From assembly GCF_009914755.1 (NCBI RefSeq), contig NC_060938.1: a stretch of 64,000 nucleotides of DNA. One strand, 5' to 3'. Positions 45,190-58,598 of the stretch are shown here, in pieces. Below the pieces are notes generated by a model that searched no databases, was not told the origin of the DNA, and was given only the letters and a program-made list of their open reading frames with translations. Both the position numbers and the translations under genes were made by a program. Numbering within the stretch: the first letter of the stretch is position 1; each line of letters starts with the position of its first letter. The DNA comes from the human T2T-CHM13v2.0 reference genome, Homo sapiens.

Positions 45190-45785
45190 ATAGTTTAGGT
45201 CAAATAATGGTGTTAAAGAGCATAGTCCCCATGAGACTGCCCTTACTTTTGACATTGACTGCAAGTGTAGGGGTTCCCAAGATCACCCTTAAGTTCAATA
45301 ATTTGTTAGAAGGACTCAACTCACTGAAAGATGTTATACTCACACTTATAGTTTATTACAGGAAAAGAGTACATATTAAAATCAGCCAAGGGAAGAAGTG
45401 CATAAGGTGGAGTCTGGGGAGTTATCAAATGCAGAGCCTCTGTTGTCTTTTCCCCTCAGAATCAGTCTGTTAGTCTCCTGGCATTGATGTATGATAATAC
45501 GGGTGTAGCATTGCCAACCAGGGAAGCTCATGTGAGCCTTGATGTTCAGAGTTTTTATTGGGGCTCCGTGATAGGGGCATGATTGATTGTCCATATGGCT
45601 GATCTCATTCTTTTGTCTCCTGTCCCTCCAGACATGACCCAAAGCCCCCACTCTAAATCACATTATTACTACATGGCTAGCTCAAGGCCCATGAGCAGAG
45701 ACCTTAGAGATTACATCCTAGAAGCTGAGGTCAAAGACAAATTATCTTGGGGCCTTTTGGGGCAAGGTTAAATTCTTTACAGAAA
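45190..45785. mobile_element. MER21-family LTR
   Basis: gtccccatgagactgcc...aagttcaataatttgttagaaggactc...cagagtttttattgggg...gggcaaggttaaattctttac. Confidence 0.65.
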
Positions 45786-46359
45786 TAATGTGAATAATAC
45801 TGGTTTCCAAAATGAATGTATGTGTAAAGCTAAATTTGGATATTAACCTAGTAGCTATGACATACTGCAACTGAAACTTTCTAGTAATTAAAACTCAGAA
45901 TTCCTTGAAAGTACAATTGACTCTGACTATAATATTCTCCAGCCAGAGAGGCTACTAGGATGGTTTTTTAAAAAATACTTTGAGGTCTACTAATTCTGTT
46001 ATACCCCACATTCCTGTCACTCTTGGTAAGTGCCCAAATATTAGCCTCTCTGGTCATTAAAAAGAAAAAATTTTCATCTTTATGCTGTTTAGGACTTCCA
46101 TTCTCCTAAACCTAAACATTTCTTCCTTTTCTTCCCCAATTTTTGTTTGGTGCTTCTGGTGCCCAATTTTGTACTACATAAATTCTCTTTAATATCTTTA
46201 ACTAAAAACTGTGATTCCCTGCAGACAGTGCTTTTAATGAAGTCTTAAGTAGAGCTTGTTTTTTGACTCACTGTCTACTAGAGATTTAGGGTAAGATTTG
46301 GCATATTCCTTATTTGCTAGGGCAGCTTCTACTCTAATACTTATATTCTTATATTCTTT

Positions 46360-47284
46360 TTGCAGGAGGAGAAGTTTGTTAAAAAGCTTTAGAGCAGGAG
46401 GAAAGAAAGGAAAGTGCATTTGGAAGAGAGCCAAGTGAGCAACTTGAAGAATAAGTGCCCTGTTTAACCATGATCCTAGGACTTTATAAACTGGCATCTC
46501 GTGCCCCTTTCTCGTGATTCTTCCCTTAGGGTGGGCTGCCTGCATCCATAGTGCCCTTCTTACCCTTGGGAATTGAGCACACACAGTGTGTTTGGGAAAT
46601 TGTACACATGCCCATCTGAGGCTTTCTTTCCTTTTCTGGTGGAGTGCCCCAGTAAGGTCATAATCCACCATTTTGCCTCTTAATGTGTGTATTAGTCTGT
46701 TTTCACACTGCTGATAAAGATGTACCTGAGACTGGGGAGAAACTTACAGATCCACATGCCTGGGGAGGCCTCACAATCATGGCAGAAGGCAAGGAGGAGC
46801 AAGTTACCTCTTACATGGATGGCCGCAGACAGAGAGCTTGTGCAGGGAAACTCCCAATTTTAAAACCATCAGATCTTGTGAGACTTATTCACTGTCTTGA
46901 GAACAGCATGGGAAAGACCCACTCCCGTGATTCAGTTATCTCCCACTGGGTCTCTCCCACAACATATGGGAATTATGGGAGCTACAAGATGAGATTTGGG
47001 CGGGGACACAGAGCCAAGCCATATCAATTTGCATGCCTGGGCTCAATCGCCCAATACCTGAGATTTTATTGGAAGCCTTTTTTGCTTCTCCTTGGTGCCT
47101 GCATTTAATTAACACTTTAACAGCTGTGGATCAACAGGAGATTGTCTCTGCCTGGCACAGCTGCCAAATTATCATTTTTAGAGAAGCAGTATGATAATTG
47201 TCCAGCCACCACCTGACATTCCTACTGGGTCGGCGAGAAGAGCCCTCTCCTGCCTTGCTCATGCCGGTCTAACTACCTGTAACA
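46360..47284 (-). mobile_element. MER4-group ERV1 LTR (MER50-like), split by THE1; internal sequence probably continues to ~47600
   Basis: Minus-strand start TGTTACAGGTAGTTAGAC preceded by polypurine tract (gaggagggaaa). Confidence 0.6.
46688..47026 (-). mobile_element. THE1 solo LTR (THE1A/B)
   Basis: tgtattagtctgttttcacactgctgataaaga...gggacacagagccaagccatatca; TSD atgtg/atttg. Confidence 0.9.
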
Positions 47285-47533
47285 TTTCCCTCCTCAAGAG
47301 CCCAAGACCACAAATCTTTGAGGAAAAATGGATGAAGATCAGTCTTCTGTAACTGCTTTCTGCTGATAGAGGGGTGGTGTTGGTTCTGTGAGTATTGGCC
47401 TCTTGCTAGCTCTCAGGGCAGGAGGGTGACTCTTTGGGTGGTAAAAGCAGTATCTATCCAGGTCCAAGGGAGACAGGGGCAGGATTTTGCCTTCTTCCTG
47501 TCCCACTGATGGACATTCTAGGGGTCCCCTTTA

Positions 47534-47925
<392 letters not shown>

Positions 47926-48067
47926 GTGTAATCCTTCTCTCATTCTCTTCTTTGTTCACTTTTTTTCTCACTTGTTAAAGATGTTGGCACTTCCTGTTCC
48001 CTCTAGTTCTACCCACCACCTTGGATAACTTCAGAGTTCACATAGACAATAAACTTTAACATCCCAG

Positions 48068-49400
48068 TGTGTCCGGAATTGGTGGGTTCTTGGTCTCGCT
48101 GACTTCAAGAATGAAGCCGCGGACCCTTGTGCTGAGTGTTACAGTTCTTAAAGATGGTATGTCCGGAGTTTGTTCCTTCAGATGTTCAGATGTGTCCGGA
48201 GTTTCTTCCTTCTGGTGGGTTTGTGGTCTCGCTGACTTCAGGAGTGAAGCTGCAGACCTTCGTGGTGAGTGTTACAGCTCTTAAAGGCAGTGTGTCTGGA
48301 GCTGTTTATTCCTTCCAGTGGGTTCGTGGTCTCACTGGCCTCAGGAGTGAAGCTGCAGACCTTTGTGGTGAGTGTTACAGTTCATAAAGGTGGCGCGTCC
48401 GGAGTTGTTTGTTACTCTCATCCGGAGTTGTTCGTCCCTCCTGGTGGGTTCATGGTCTCACTGCCTTCAGGAGTGAAGCTGCAGACCTTCATGGTGAGTG
48501 TTACAGCTCATAAAGGCGGTGCAGACCCAGAGTGAGCATCAGCAAGATTTATTGTGAAGAGTGAAAGAACAAAGCTTCCACAGCGTGGAAGGGGAACCGA
48601 GCGGGTCGCCGGCTGCTGGCTGGGGTGGCCTGCTTTTAATCCCTTATCTAGCCTCACCCACATCCTACTGATTGGTCCATTTTACAGAGAGCTGATTGGT
48701 CCATTTTATAGAGAGCTGATTGGTCCGTTTTGACAGAGTGCTGATTGGTGCATTTACAAACCTTTGGCTAGACACAGAGTGCTGATTGGTGCATTTACAA
48801 TCCTTTAGCAAGACACAAAAGTTCTCCAAGTCCCCTACCCAATTAGCTAGACACAGAGTGCTGATTGGTGCGTTTACAAACCTTTAGCTAGACACAGAGT
48901 GCTGATTGGTGCATTTACAAACCTCTAGCTAGACACAGAGTGCTGATTGGTGCATTTACAAACCTTTAGCTAGACAGAAAAATTCTCCAGGTCCCCACCT
49001 GACCCAGAAGCCCAGACGGCTTCACCTGTCAATGGCAGTCGCCGTGGGACTTTGCACCACCTAGCCCGGGCACTCTGGCAGCCCAGAAGGAGCACATCCC
49101 CCGATCAAGCCCAGCAGGTGCTGGCTGGCCATGCCCAGTGCAGGGCCTGCCGAGCCTGTGCTCACCTGGAACCCGCACTGGCCTGCGAGTGCTGCACGAA
49201 GCCCCAGCTCCCACCCGTGCCTCTCCCTCCACACCTCCCCACAAGCAGAGGGAGTCAGCTCTGGTCTTGGCCAGCCCCAGGTAGGGGCCCCCATAGCGCA
49301 TCGGCAGGCTGAAGGGCTCCTCGAGCACAGCCAGAGTGGACACCGAGGCTGAGGAGATGCCAAGAGTGAGCAAGGGCTGCTAGCACATTGTCACCTCTCA
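48068..49400 (-). mobile_element. HERV9 3' LTR (LTR12, 1333 bp)
   Basis: TG...CA boundaries; PPT (gtttagggggggat on minus) directly upstream; 8 CCAAT repeats. Confidence 0.93.
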
Positions 49401-49499
49401 ATCCCCCCCTAAACAGGACACCCCAACTGCTGTTGGGAATTTGGCCGATGACCACTCTAGCTACTTCCTGCTGGATAGGGGCAAAGAAGGGGCCCTGCA

Positions 49500-50040
49500 G
49501 TTATAGTGTCCTCCAGAGGGGAGCTCTTTAGGCCAGTGGAAGGGCCAGCGGATCGGTCCAGGGGTCCTCGGTAGAAGTTGTTAGTTGAGCTCATTTGGGG
49601 TTCCATTTGTAAGATCATCAGTTGAGCTTGATGGCCTCAATTCTAGAGGAAACAAATTTGACAAGAAGGTTAAAAATACAGGGTCCAAAGGTGAGTAACA
49701 GCAAGATGGCTGCCATGGGACCTAGAAAGGGGAGAAGCCATGTTGCCCAACTCCAGAGGTTGGTATAAGAGTTTGAAAGGCGTTGTCTGATTTCAGAAGC
49801 CTTTTCCTGTAAATGCCGGGTGGCATCTTCTACTATCCCTTACTGGTTAGTGTAAAAACAACACTCTTCCCCTAAGAAGGTGCAGAGTCCTCTTTTCTCA
49901 GCAGCGAGGAGGTCTAGGCCTTGGTGGTTTTGGAGAGTCACTGCTGCCAAAGAGTCTATTTGGGATTGTAGAGTAAGGATAGATTTCATCACTTCCTGCA
50001 AATTGTCTGAGAAATCCTTTGAGAGTGTGTGGCAGTAGGA
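49500..50040 (-). pseudogene. HERV9 env TM remnant
   Basis: Minus strand ~49955-49855 encodes SLAAVTLQNHQGLDLLAAEKRGLCTFLGEECCF (immunosuppressive domain + CX6CC). Confidence 0.85.
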
Positions 50041-50759
50041 TAATACATGTTACACTGTTAATTTTTAGTAAACCTTACTTTAGTTGAAAACCTTGTAAGT
50101 TTGGGATTTTAGTTTTTCTTTGCTGTTAATAAGACCTCATTCAGTCCATATTAACTTAAAATTGGTATAGATGGCTCCTTCCTGATTCTGTAAGTACTTT
50201 AAGGTTTGGCTGAGTGCAAACAGCTCACACGTTTGAGGAGACCAATTATTAGGCAATTTTCTTAACTCTGCTTCTATAAGAGTTTCATTTTCTCTTAGTG
50301 AATACCCATTGTGTCTTTTTTTCCTTAATCGCCTGGGAGGAACCATCTATCATCCTGTCCTGTAGGGAGTTCCTCCTAGATCTGGTCGGACCTTTGTATG
50401 GTAATTAAGATTTAGATGTCCTGTTAGGAAACCTGCTGGGTTAAGAATTTTTGATAGGAAGGCTACGGATTGTCAGTGGCCTCAGTGCTTTCGGGCTATG
50501 CCCTTGTTTACACTGACAACAAGGTGGTATTGGATTGTTATAGGGTTACAGGGAAGACCTTCAATTATCAATTGTGGGTTTTAAATTTACCCTGGCTTTT
50601 AAAGGAATAGGGTACACTGTTTTTTCTTTACTACTTCCATCTCTCTTTCTTTCTCTTCGACTTCTCCTTTGTCTCTCTCTTTCTCTCTTTCTGACTCCCT
50701 CTTTGTCTGTCTCTTCCTCTCTTTGTACTTCTTTCTTTGACTTTTTGTCTCTCTGGTTC

Positions 50760-52020
50760 TCTCCTTGATTAGAGTATAGAGGGGCCTGGCTATCTCGCTG
50801 TGTCCGGGGATCCATAGTCAGCAAACGCTGATGATTCCAGGGAACCCTTGCAACTGTTTTAATGTCTTAGGGTGAGGATAAGCCAGTATAGGCTGTATAT
50901 GTTCCTTGCTGAGGGCCCTGGTCCCTCTAGCTAAGATTAGACCTAGATATTTGACCTGCTATAGGAAAAGCTGGGCCTTTGGCCTAAACACCTTGTACCC
51001 TTGATTAGCTAGAAAGTTCAAGAGATCTAGAGTAGCTTGCTGGCACGAGGCTTCTGAACTGGTAGCCAAAAGTAAATCATCCACGTACTGAAGGACCAGA
51101 GTGCCTGGACTTGAGAAGTAACCTAGATCTTGGGCCAGTGCCTGACCAAACAGATGAGGGCTATCCTTAAACCCTTGGGGCAAGACTGTCCACATAAGTT
51201 GGGACATGTGGTCTGTGGGATCCTCAAAGGCAAAAAGAAACTGGGAGTCAGAGTGCGGGGGAATACAGAAGAAGGCATCCTTGAGGTCCAGAACAGTGAA
51301 CCATTCTGCTTCCTCTGGTATTTGAGAGAGCAGGATATAGGGGTTGGGTACAACTGGATATAGAGGAATTACTGCCTCATTGATGAGTCTAAGATCTTGG
51401 GCTAGTCTCCACTGACTGTTTGGTTTTTGTACTCCTAGAATTGGGCTGTTGCAGGGACTGCTGCATTTCTTTACTAAGGCTTGAGCTTTTAAATATTTAA
51501 CAATATCCTTTAATCCTTTATGAGCTTCAGGCCTTAAGGGATATTGCCTTTGATAAGGAAAAGTGGTGGGGTCTTTTAGCCTGATTTGGACTGGGTGGGC
51601 ATTTTTTGCTTTTCCAAATTGTCCTTCCAATGCCCAGACTTCAGGGTTTATTCCCTCTTCAGGTAGGGGACAACAAATGGGTAACTTGTTCCCCATATTC
51701 ATGTAGATAATAGCTCCAGCTTTGGCTAATGTATCCCTCTCTAATAAGGGTGTGGGACTTTCAGGCATAACAAGAAAGGCATGTGAAAAGAGAAAGTCTC
51801 CCAATTACGACTGAGGAGTTGGGAGAAATACCTGGTTACAGGCTGTCCCAGGATTCCTCAGATGGTAATGGACCTTGAGGACAGTCGTCCAGGACAGGAG
51901 ATTAACAATGAGAAGGCTGCGCCAGTGTCTAGGAGGAAGTCAATTTCCTGGCCCTCAATGGTTAAAGGTACCTGGGGCTGAGTGAGGGTGATGACATGAG
52001 CTGGCGCTTGTTCCGGGCAC
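50760..52020 (-). pseudogene. HERV9 pro-pol remnant (protease end + RT core)
   Basis: ORF 50959-51804 (281 aa) with FTVLDLKDAFFCIP, WTVLPQGF, QYVDDLL. Confidence 0.93.
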
Positions 52021-52022
52021 CC

Positions 52023-53490
52023 TCAGTCCTGTTGTTGGATCATCTGGTTGGGGGCCTCTGACCCAGAGAACCTTTGTTCTCTGGGGCAGTGCACCTTCCA
52101 GTGATTGCCTTGGCATAGCAGACATGGACGAGGGGGCGGCTTGTTTCTCATTGGACAATCTTTTTTAAAGTGTCCTAGTAAACCACACTGATAAGCCCTA
52201 CCGGGTGATTGGCCTGCTCCATTTTCTGTCCTCTCTGAACCACCAAGGTTTGTTTGTCTGAGGGCCATGACTAAGGCTGCGGTCTTTCTCTGATCTTGCT
52301 TTTCCTTTTGGGCCTGTTCCTCTTGGTCCCTGTTATAGAATACTGAGGTTGCCAGGTTTAATAATGTCTCCAAATTTTGTTTAGGGCCCAGGGCTTGCTT
52401 TTGGAACTTTCTCCTGATATCTGTGGCTGATTGGGTAATAAACTTATCTTTTAGAATCAATTGACCCTCAAGTGATTTGGTTGACAGGGGAGTATATTTT
52501 CTTAAGGCCTCCCATAGCCGCTCGAGGGAGGCAGAAGGATTTTCTTCCTTTCCCTGAGTTATGGTGGACATCATTGAATAATTCATGTACTTTTTCCTAA
52601 TTCTCCTTAGTCCTTCTAGAACACAGGTCAACAGATGTTTGCAACTGCAGTCCCCATGATCTGAGTCAAGGTCCCAGTGGGGATCCATACTGGGGACAGC
52701 TTGCTGACCGTTAGGGATTTTGCCCCTTTCTTCAGCTGTCATTCTGTCATTTACTTGACTAAGATACCAAGTATCTCCAAACTCTTGGGCTGCAGCTAAA
52801 GCTGCCATTCTTTTCATTAAAGGCCAGGGTTTGATCTAACAATAGCATGACATCTCTCCAAATGAGATAGAAGATTTGTCCTAGACCCTGTAGGACATTT
52901 ATGTACCTATCAGGATCATCTGAAAAATTCCCCAGGTCTGCCTTGATCTGCTTTAAATCAGAGAGGGAGAAGGGGACATGTACCCAGGTTGGGCCAAATT
53001 CCCCTCCCCCTACAGCTTGAAGGGGACATAACCGATAGCCCAGGGGTTTTTGTTGTCCTTTGGAGATTTCTTCGCATATTTCCTTCTGGGCAGGGGAGAT
53101 TAGAGGAGGATTATCGTTAATAGGACGGGGAGCTATAGGGAGGCTAGGATATGGGGGTAAGCTGATAGGTCCTCCTGTGGGATGTAAATGGCAAGCTTTG
53201 CATAGTTGTGTATTCTCCTTCAATGAAAAGAAAGCTTGGACATAACTTATTTCACTCCATTTGCCTTCCCTCTTACAGAAAAGGTCAAGCTGCAGGATAG
53301 TATTGTAATTTGTACTTCCCTCAGGTGGCCATTTTTCCCCATCAGAGAGAGAGTATTGGGGTCAGGCTGTAGCACAGAAAAAAAATGTGTCACCTCTTTT
53401 TCAGGGTTTATGGGTCAAATTGGTCCCAATGGCTTAGGATGCATTTCAAGGGTGAGCCTGTTGATGCCTGAGTGTTTCCTATCTGAATGA
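52023..53490 (-). pseudogene. HERV9 gag remnant (frameshifted)
   Basis: ORFs 52759-53223 ([16 protein letters not shown]) and 52023-52817 (QGKEENP MHR, DKFITQS, zinc knuckle CLLCQGNHWKVHC). Confidence 0.92.
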
Positions 53491-54772
53491 CAAAACCGCC
53501 CGCAGATTTGGTTTGTTTGTTTCTCCCCCTGCCCAAGAACCTGCAATGGTCCCTGGACCCTGCTGATTGGAATAGTTGCACTCACCGATGCAGCAGCAGA
53601 AACAACCCCTGCCCAAGAACCCACAACAATCCCTGGACCCTGCTGATCGGAATAGTTGCGCTCACCAACGCAGCAGCAGAAACACTAGCTTTTCTCCCAG
53701 ACCACAAGGAGGACTAAGGAAGGTCGGATTTAGTGACCCTTACTGACGCATTCTCGAAAACCTGCACCCTTTCCTGTCCTCCTAGACCACAAGGAGGACA
53801 GAGAAAAATCAGATTTAGTGGCTGTTACAGACGCATTCTCGAAAACCTGTTAGAGTCCTAAACATTCTCCTGTTAGTACTGGAACCTTACCCGTGTCCTA
53901 TAAAGATGTTATGCCCCCAGAATGAAGTGGAGGGCCATACCCTGATGGAGGGAAGGGATCTCCAGGGTTGGAAGAGTGACACCTTTTGTCTTCACTTATA
54001 TGAATAGGAAGGATACAATTTCTGAGGCTCCCCATATCCTAGCTTCAGGAATAGCTTTTGTTAGGCCTGCTTGTCTGAGGAGGGATCCTAAAATTCCGGA
54101 TAGTTCCCCCTACAATGGGGCTTTGGGAAAAATTATGTCTTTCTGATTGGTGAGCCTGGGTGCCTAAAGAAGGAAATAGAGTCCTGGAGTTTATACTAGA
54201 AATCATTCTTATAGGAGAAACTAGAAAAGCACCAGAGACAGGGAGTGATTTTTAGAAGCAGGACTAACCTCGGAGAAGAGAGGTGAGGGGAAGTTTGTCT
54301 GACAGGCATTAGGACCCAGGAGGCAAGGGTCAGGATAGATAGGATAGATGGGTGAGTCTCGCTTGGGCGACATGCCTTTGAGGGTTCCGCTCATGGCCAC
54401 AGGGTCAACCAACTTGTTGTTCGGACCCCGGAGCTGAATGGCTTTCCTCTCTGTCGACCCTTGGCTCGGCCCAGAAGTACAGGAAAAGTGGAAGCTGGTT
54501 CTAGGCAAACCAACGCTCCCAACTCCAAAGAGTCAGGGGATGTTAGAGAGCCCCTTCCCAGAAAGCCTGACACCCGTGTCTTTAGTCTGGTTGCCGCGCT
54601 AGTAGCTTTTAACTGGCCGACAGGTGCCCGGTATTTAGCCCCTGAATTCTAAGGAGAAACAGGACAGAATAGCAAGCAAAAGGGGTCCAGTGGTACTCAC
54701 CGCTCGGCGATAGGTGATAGTCTTACTGCTTGGCAATAGGCGATAGTCTTACTGCTTGGCGATAGGTGATAG

Positions 54773-54789
54773 TCCCTTCGTGGTTGCAA
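54773..54789 (-). other. Primer binding site (tRNA-Arg)
   Basis: Minus strand ttgcaaccacgaaggga directly after the 5' LTR, complementary to a tRNA-Arg 3' end as expected for ERV9; followed by three ~27-bp repeats and a GTGAGT donor at ~54700. Confidence 0.8.
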
Positions 54790-54792
54790 AAA

Positions 54793-55938
54793 TGTGTCTG
54801 GAATTGGTGGGTTCTTGGTCTCGCAGACTTCAAGAATGAAGCCGCAGACCCTCACGGTGAGTGTTACGGTTCTTAAAGATGGTGTGTCCAGAGTTTGGTC
54901 CTTCAGATGTTCAGATGTGTCCAGAGTTTCTTCCTTCTGGTGGGTTTTTGGTCTTGCTGACTTCAGGAGTGAAGTTGCAGACCTTCGCGGTGAGTGTTAC
55001 AGCTCTTAAAGGCAGTGCGTCTGGAGTTGTTCATTCCTTCCGGTGGGTTCATGGTTTCGCTGGCCTCAGGAGTGAAGCTGAAGACCTTCGCGGTGGGTGT
55101 TACAGTTCATAAAGATGGCACATCCGGAGTTGTTTGTTCCTCCCGTCTGGAGTTGTTCATCCCTCCCAGTGGGTTCGTGGTCTCGCTGGCTTCAGGAGTG
55201 AAGCTGAAGACCTTCGCAGTGAGTGTTAGAGCTCGTAAAGGTGGTGCAGACCCAAAGAATGAGCATCAGCAAGATTTATTGTGAAGAGCAAAAGAACAAA
55301 GCTTCCACAGCATGGAAGGGGACCCGGAGCGGGTTGCTGGCTGCTGGCTGGGGTGGCCTGCTTTTATTCCCTTATCTGGCCCCACCCACATCCTACTGAT
55401 TGGTCCATTTTACAGAGAGCTGATTGGTCCGTTTTGACAGAGCACTGATTGGTGCATTTACAAACTTTTAGCTAGACACAGAGCGCTGATTGGTGCATTT
55501 ACAAACCTTTAGCTAGACAGAAAAGTTCTCCAGGTCACCACCCAACCCAGAAGCCCAGATGGCTTCACCAATGGTACTCGCCGCAGGACTTTGCAGCACC
55601 TAGCCCCGGCACTCTGGCAGCCCAGAGGGAGTTCGTCCCCCGATCAAGCCCAGCAGGCGCTGGCTGGTTGCGCCCAGTGCGGGGCCTGTGGAGCCGTGCC
55701 CACCCAGAACCTGTGCCAGCCTGTGAGTGAGGCACGCAGCCCTGGCTCCCACCCATGCCTCTCCCTTCACACCTCCCTGCGAGCAGAGGGAGCCAGCTCC
55801 GGCCTCGGCCAGCCCCAGAGAGGGGCCCCCACAGCACAGTGGCGGGCTGAAGCGCTCCTCGAGTGCAGCCAGAGAGGATGCCGAGGCCAAGGGGGCACCA
55901 AGAGTGAGTGAGGGCTGGTAGCATGTTGTCACCTCTCA
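54793..55938 (-). mobile_element. HERV9 5' LTR (LTR12, 1146 bp)
   Basis: Homologous to 48068-49400; 4 CCAAT repeats. Confidence 0.93.
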
Positions 55939-55942
55939 CCAG

Positions 55943-56442
55943 TGTTACCAAAACATCAGGGGTTTGGTCTGGGTCCTGTGGCTCTCTGCACAGAAAACCA
56001 GTCACTGAGAGAATGAGTATTGCCAGGGAAGAAGGCTTTAATCACGTGCAGCAGCTGAGACAATGGGAGATCAGTCTCAAATCCATCTCCTTGACCAACT
56101 AAAATTGGGGGTTTATTATAGCAGGGAAGAAATGTAATTATGTGTGGGAAAACAGGAACTAGGGAGGGGTAAGGAAGAGGAACTGGTTAACGAGAAGCAG
56201 GTGACCACTTAGGAACATAGGAATTAGGGAGGGGTAAGGGAGCAACCTGATGGATGAAGGGTCTGCCATCTCATTGTCTGGATGTGGTGATCTGGTGAGT
56301 TTCAGTTCTTTGATACTTTTTGAGAAGGCTGAGGATCATTTCCTGAGAAAGGAACTTAAATAAGACAAACGTTAGTTTTAAGCTTTAAGACCAGAAGGGT
56401 CAATTTCTATATTTATTTTAAAAAACTACTGGGTTGGTTTCA
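55943..56442 (-). mobile_element. MER4-group ERV1 solo LTR (subfamily unresolved)
   Basis: Minus strand TGAAACCAACCCAG...GGTAACA, 500 bp; flanks ccag / ctag. Confidence 0.72.
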
Positions 56443-57229
56443 CTAGCCTTTTTAGTTTCTTCCCTTTCTCAACTTGAGTGCCCTTGAACTCCACTCTCAT
56501 GGCACACCAGGAATTTTATCCCCTTGAAGTATTCATCTTAATTACCTTACCATAGTTTTTCGTCTTTGAGTTCTTTTATTAAGGCCATTATATGTCAGAT
56601 TCCTTGACTGTTTCACTCTTTCTGTACCTTTCATTTTTTTCCTAACATGTTTATATATGGCACATTATGTCACTGGCTTGCTGATAATTTCAGCTCCTTC
56701 GTATCTTTCCCTTTCAGTTGTGCCACAAACCCATTGGTACATTCCTTTTACTCTAAACCCATAAACTCCAGTTTAGAATGGATTCAGCATTCGACTTTCT
56801 CTATTCTTACGCTTGGGCTGCTGGGTGCTGCTAGAGATGTCCTTTTAAGTGGCATGTGGATGGCACTATGAATTAATGATTTCTAGCCTTGCTCAACAAC
56901 CCGTAGGAAATTTTTCTTCTATTTTTTTTCACTCTTGCTTAGAAACCTGTTATTCTAGGCAGCCCTCTCTTTTATTCTCCGTAGGAACTATTTAAAATCT
57001 GCTTTGTTATTCTGAAGACCTCTGTCCTTCTACCTCTCCCTTTACTTTTAATGCATGATTCCATTTCCTGTTTCACAAAGAAAATTAAATTTATATGGTG
57101 CAAACTTTCTCAATTACCAGCCAGCCTCCTTAAAAATGTATCTGTATCTGAATTCATTCTTGCCCTCTTCCCTTCTGTATCTGGTTCTTAGTCTTTACTA
57201 ACTCTTTTCCATCAGCATTTAAACATGCA

Positions 57230-58130
57230 TGTGGAAGACAGTACTGATTGGCTATGTAGAAACTATTCCCAGCCCCTGTCTCTTTACTGCTTAAAAGTAG
57301 GTCTAGAAAGTCAAAAGATAATCTAGTTGCTCTTAGAGCTGAGTGTGGCCACGTGAACCAGTTCTAACCAATGAGACACAAGGAACAGTCTGTGGAGATA
57401 GCCTCTATGTAAGATGTTTTGCTTCCTAATAGAAAGGCAGGTTTTGTTCTTCCTCTTTCTTTGTAGGGAATATAAAGACATGATCAACTTGGCAGTGGTA
57501 GCCATTTTGTGGCAGAACAAGAAGATAGAAAGACCAAAGCCTTGGTCTTTGATGATATCTCTGAGACTTTGAAAAAAAAACAACAACTTAGTCTTTTTGC
57601 ATCTCTGTGAAGGAATACCTGAAACTGGGTAATTTCTTAAGCAAAGAGGTTTAACTGGCTGATGGTTCTGCAGGGCATACAAAGAAGCATGGTGCCAGCA
57701 TCTGCTTCTGGTGAGGGCCTCAGGAAGCTTACAATCGTGGCGGAAGGCAAAGGTGGGGAGCAGGCGCAGCACATGGTGACAGCAGAAGGAAGAGAGACAG
57801 GCGGGAGACCCCAGATTCTTCTAAACAACCAGATCTTGCGTGAACTAACCGAGCGAGAACTCACTTATCACCAAGAGGATGGTGCTGAGCCGTTCATGAG
57901 GGAACTGCTGGCGTGATCCACTCACTTCCCATCAGGCCTCACTTCCAACATTGGGAATCACATTTCAGCATGAGATTTGGAGGGGAGAAACATCCACACC
58001 ATACCACAAATAAAAAGTCCCAGAGTTGTCTACTTTCAGACTTTTTAAAAAAGTAAATAATAAATGCCCTAATAGTTTAAGCATTGTTAGGTTTTCTGTT
58101 ACTTGCAGCTGCAGTCATCTTAAGTTATGA
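57230..58130 (+). mobile_element. MLT1 (G/H-like) LTR split by an MST LTR
   Basis: tggccacgtgaaccagttctaaccaatgaga; 3' part ttttctgttacttgcagc. Confidence 0.6.
57586..58006 (-). mobile_element. MaLR solo LTR (MSTA/B-like)
   Basis: aaggaatacctgaaactgggtaattt...cagcatctgcttctggtgagggcctcaggaagcttacaatc...catccacaccatacca. Confidence 0.85.
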
Positions 58131-58598
58131 TGTATAAGTTTTTCCCAGTTTTAAAAAACAACAAACGAGAAATAAGTAACACTGCCTTGACTCTATGACT
58201 TCCACTAAACACCAGCCTAAACTTTCTTCTCACTTAAGCCAAACTCTTCGAAAGAATTTACTAAATCAGTCTCTCACTCCCTCATCTACCATCTACTTCT
58301 GTTTATATTCAGCTCTACCATGCTTTAGTCAGGGTTGGGTCACCAGAGATGCCTTTAAAAATTCCTGTATATACTTTTCAATTCTTATTTTAAATGATCT
58401 CTTTATACTATTTGATCTACTGATCGTAAAGTTTCCCTAATACTACATTCTCTTGTGGCATCTACCTTTTATCCTCTCTTTCTCATTCTGCTTTATAGTT
58501 TCCCTTTTCTCTGCTCATTTCTTAAATATCAGTCCTTAACATGGGTATAATTATTCCACTTTTATAGGCTTAGAAACTAAATAAGCTAAGGTCATGTA

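Larger units (their letters stand above)
48068..55938 (-). mobile_element. HERV9 (ERV9) provirus, internally deleted, antisense to NUBPL
   Basis: Two LTR12s in direct orientation, PBS, gag-pro-pol-env remnants, PPT; perfect TSD CCAG at 48064-48067 and 55939-55942. Confidence 0.95.

Noticed and set aside
53526-53860. ~80-bp and ~85-bp tandem duplications in the proviral leader, and 27-bp repeats near the PBS
   Set aside because: As I recall these are general features of ERV9 leaders, so not treated as locus-specific
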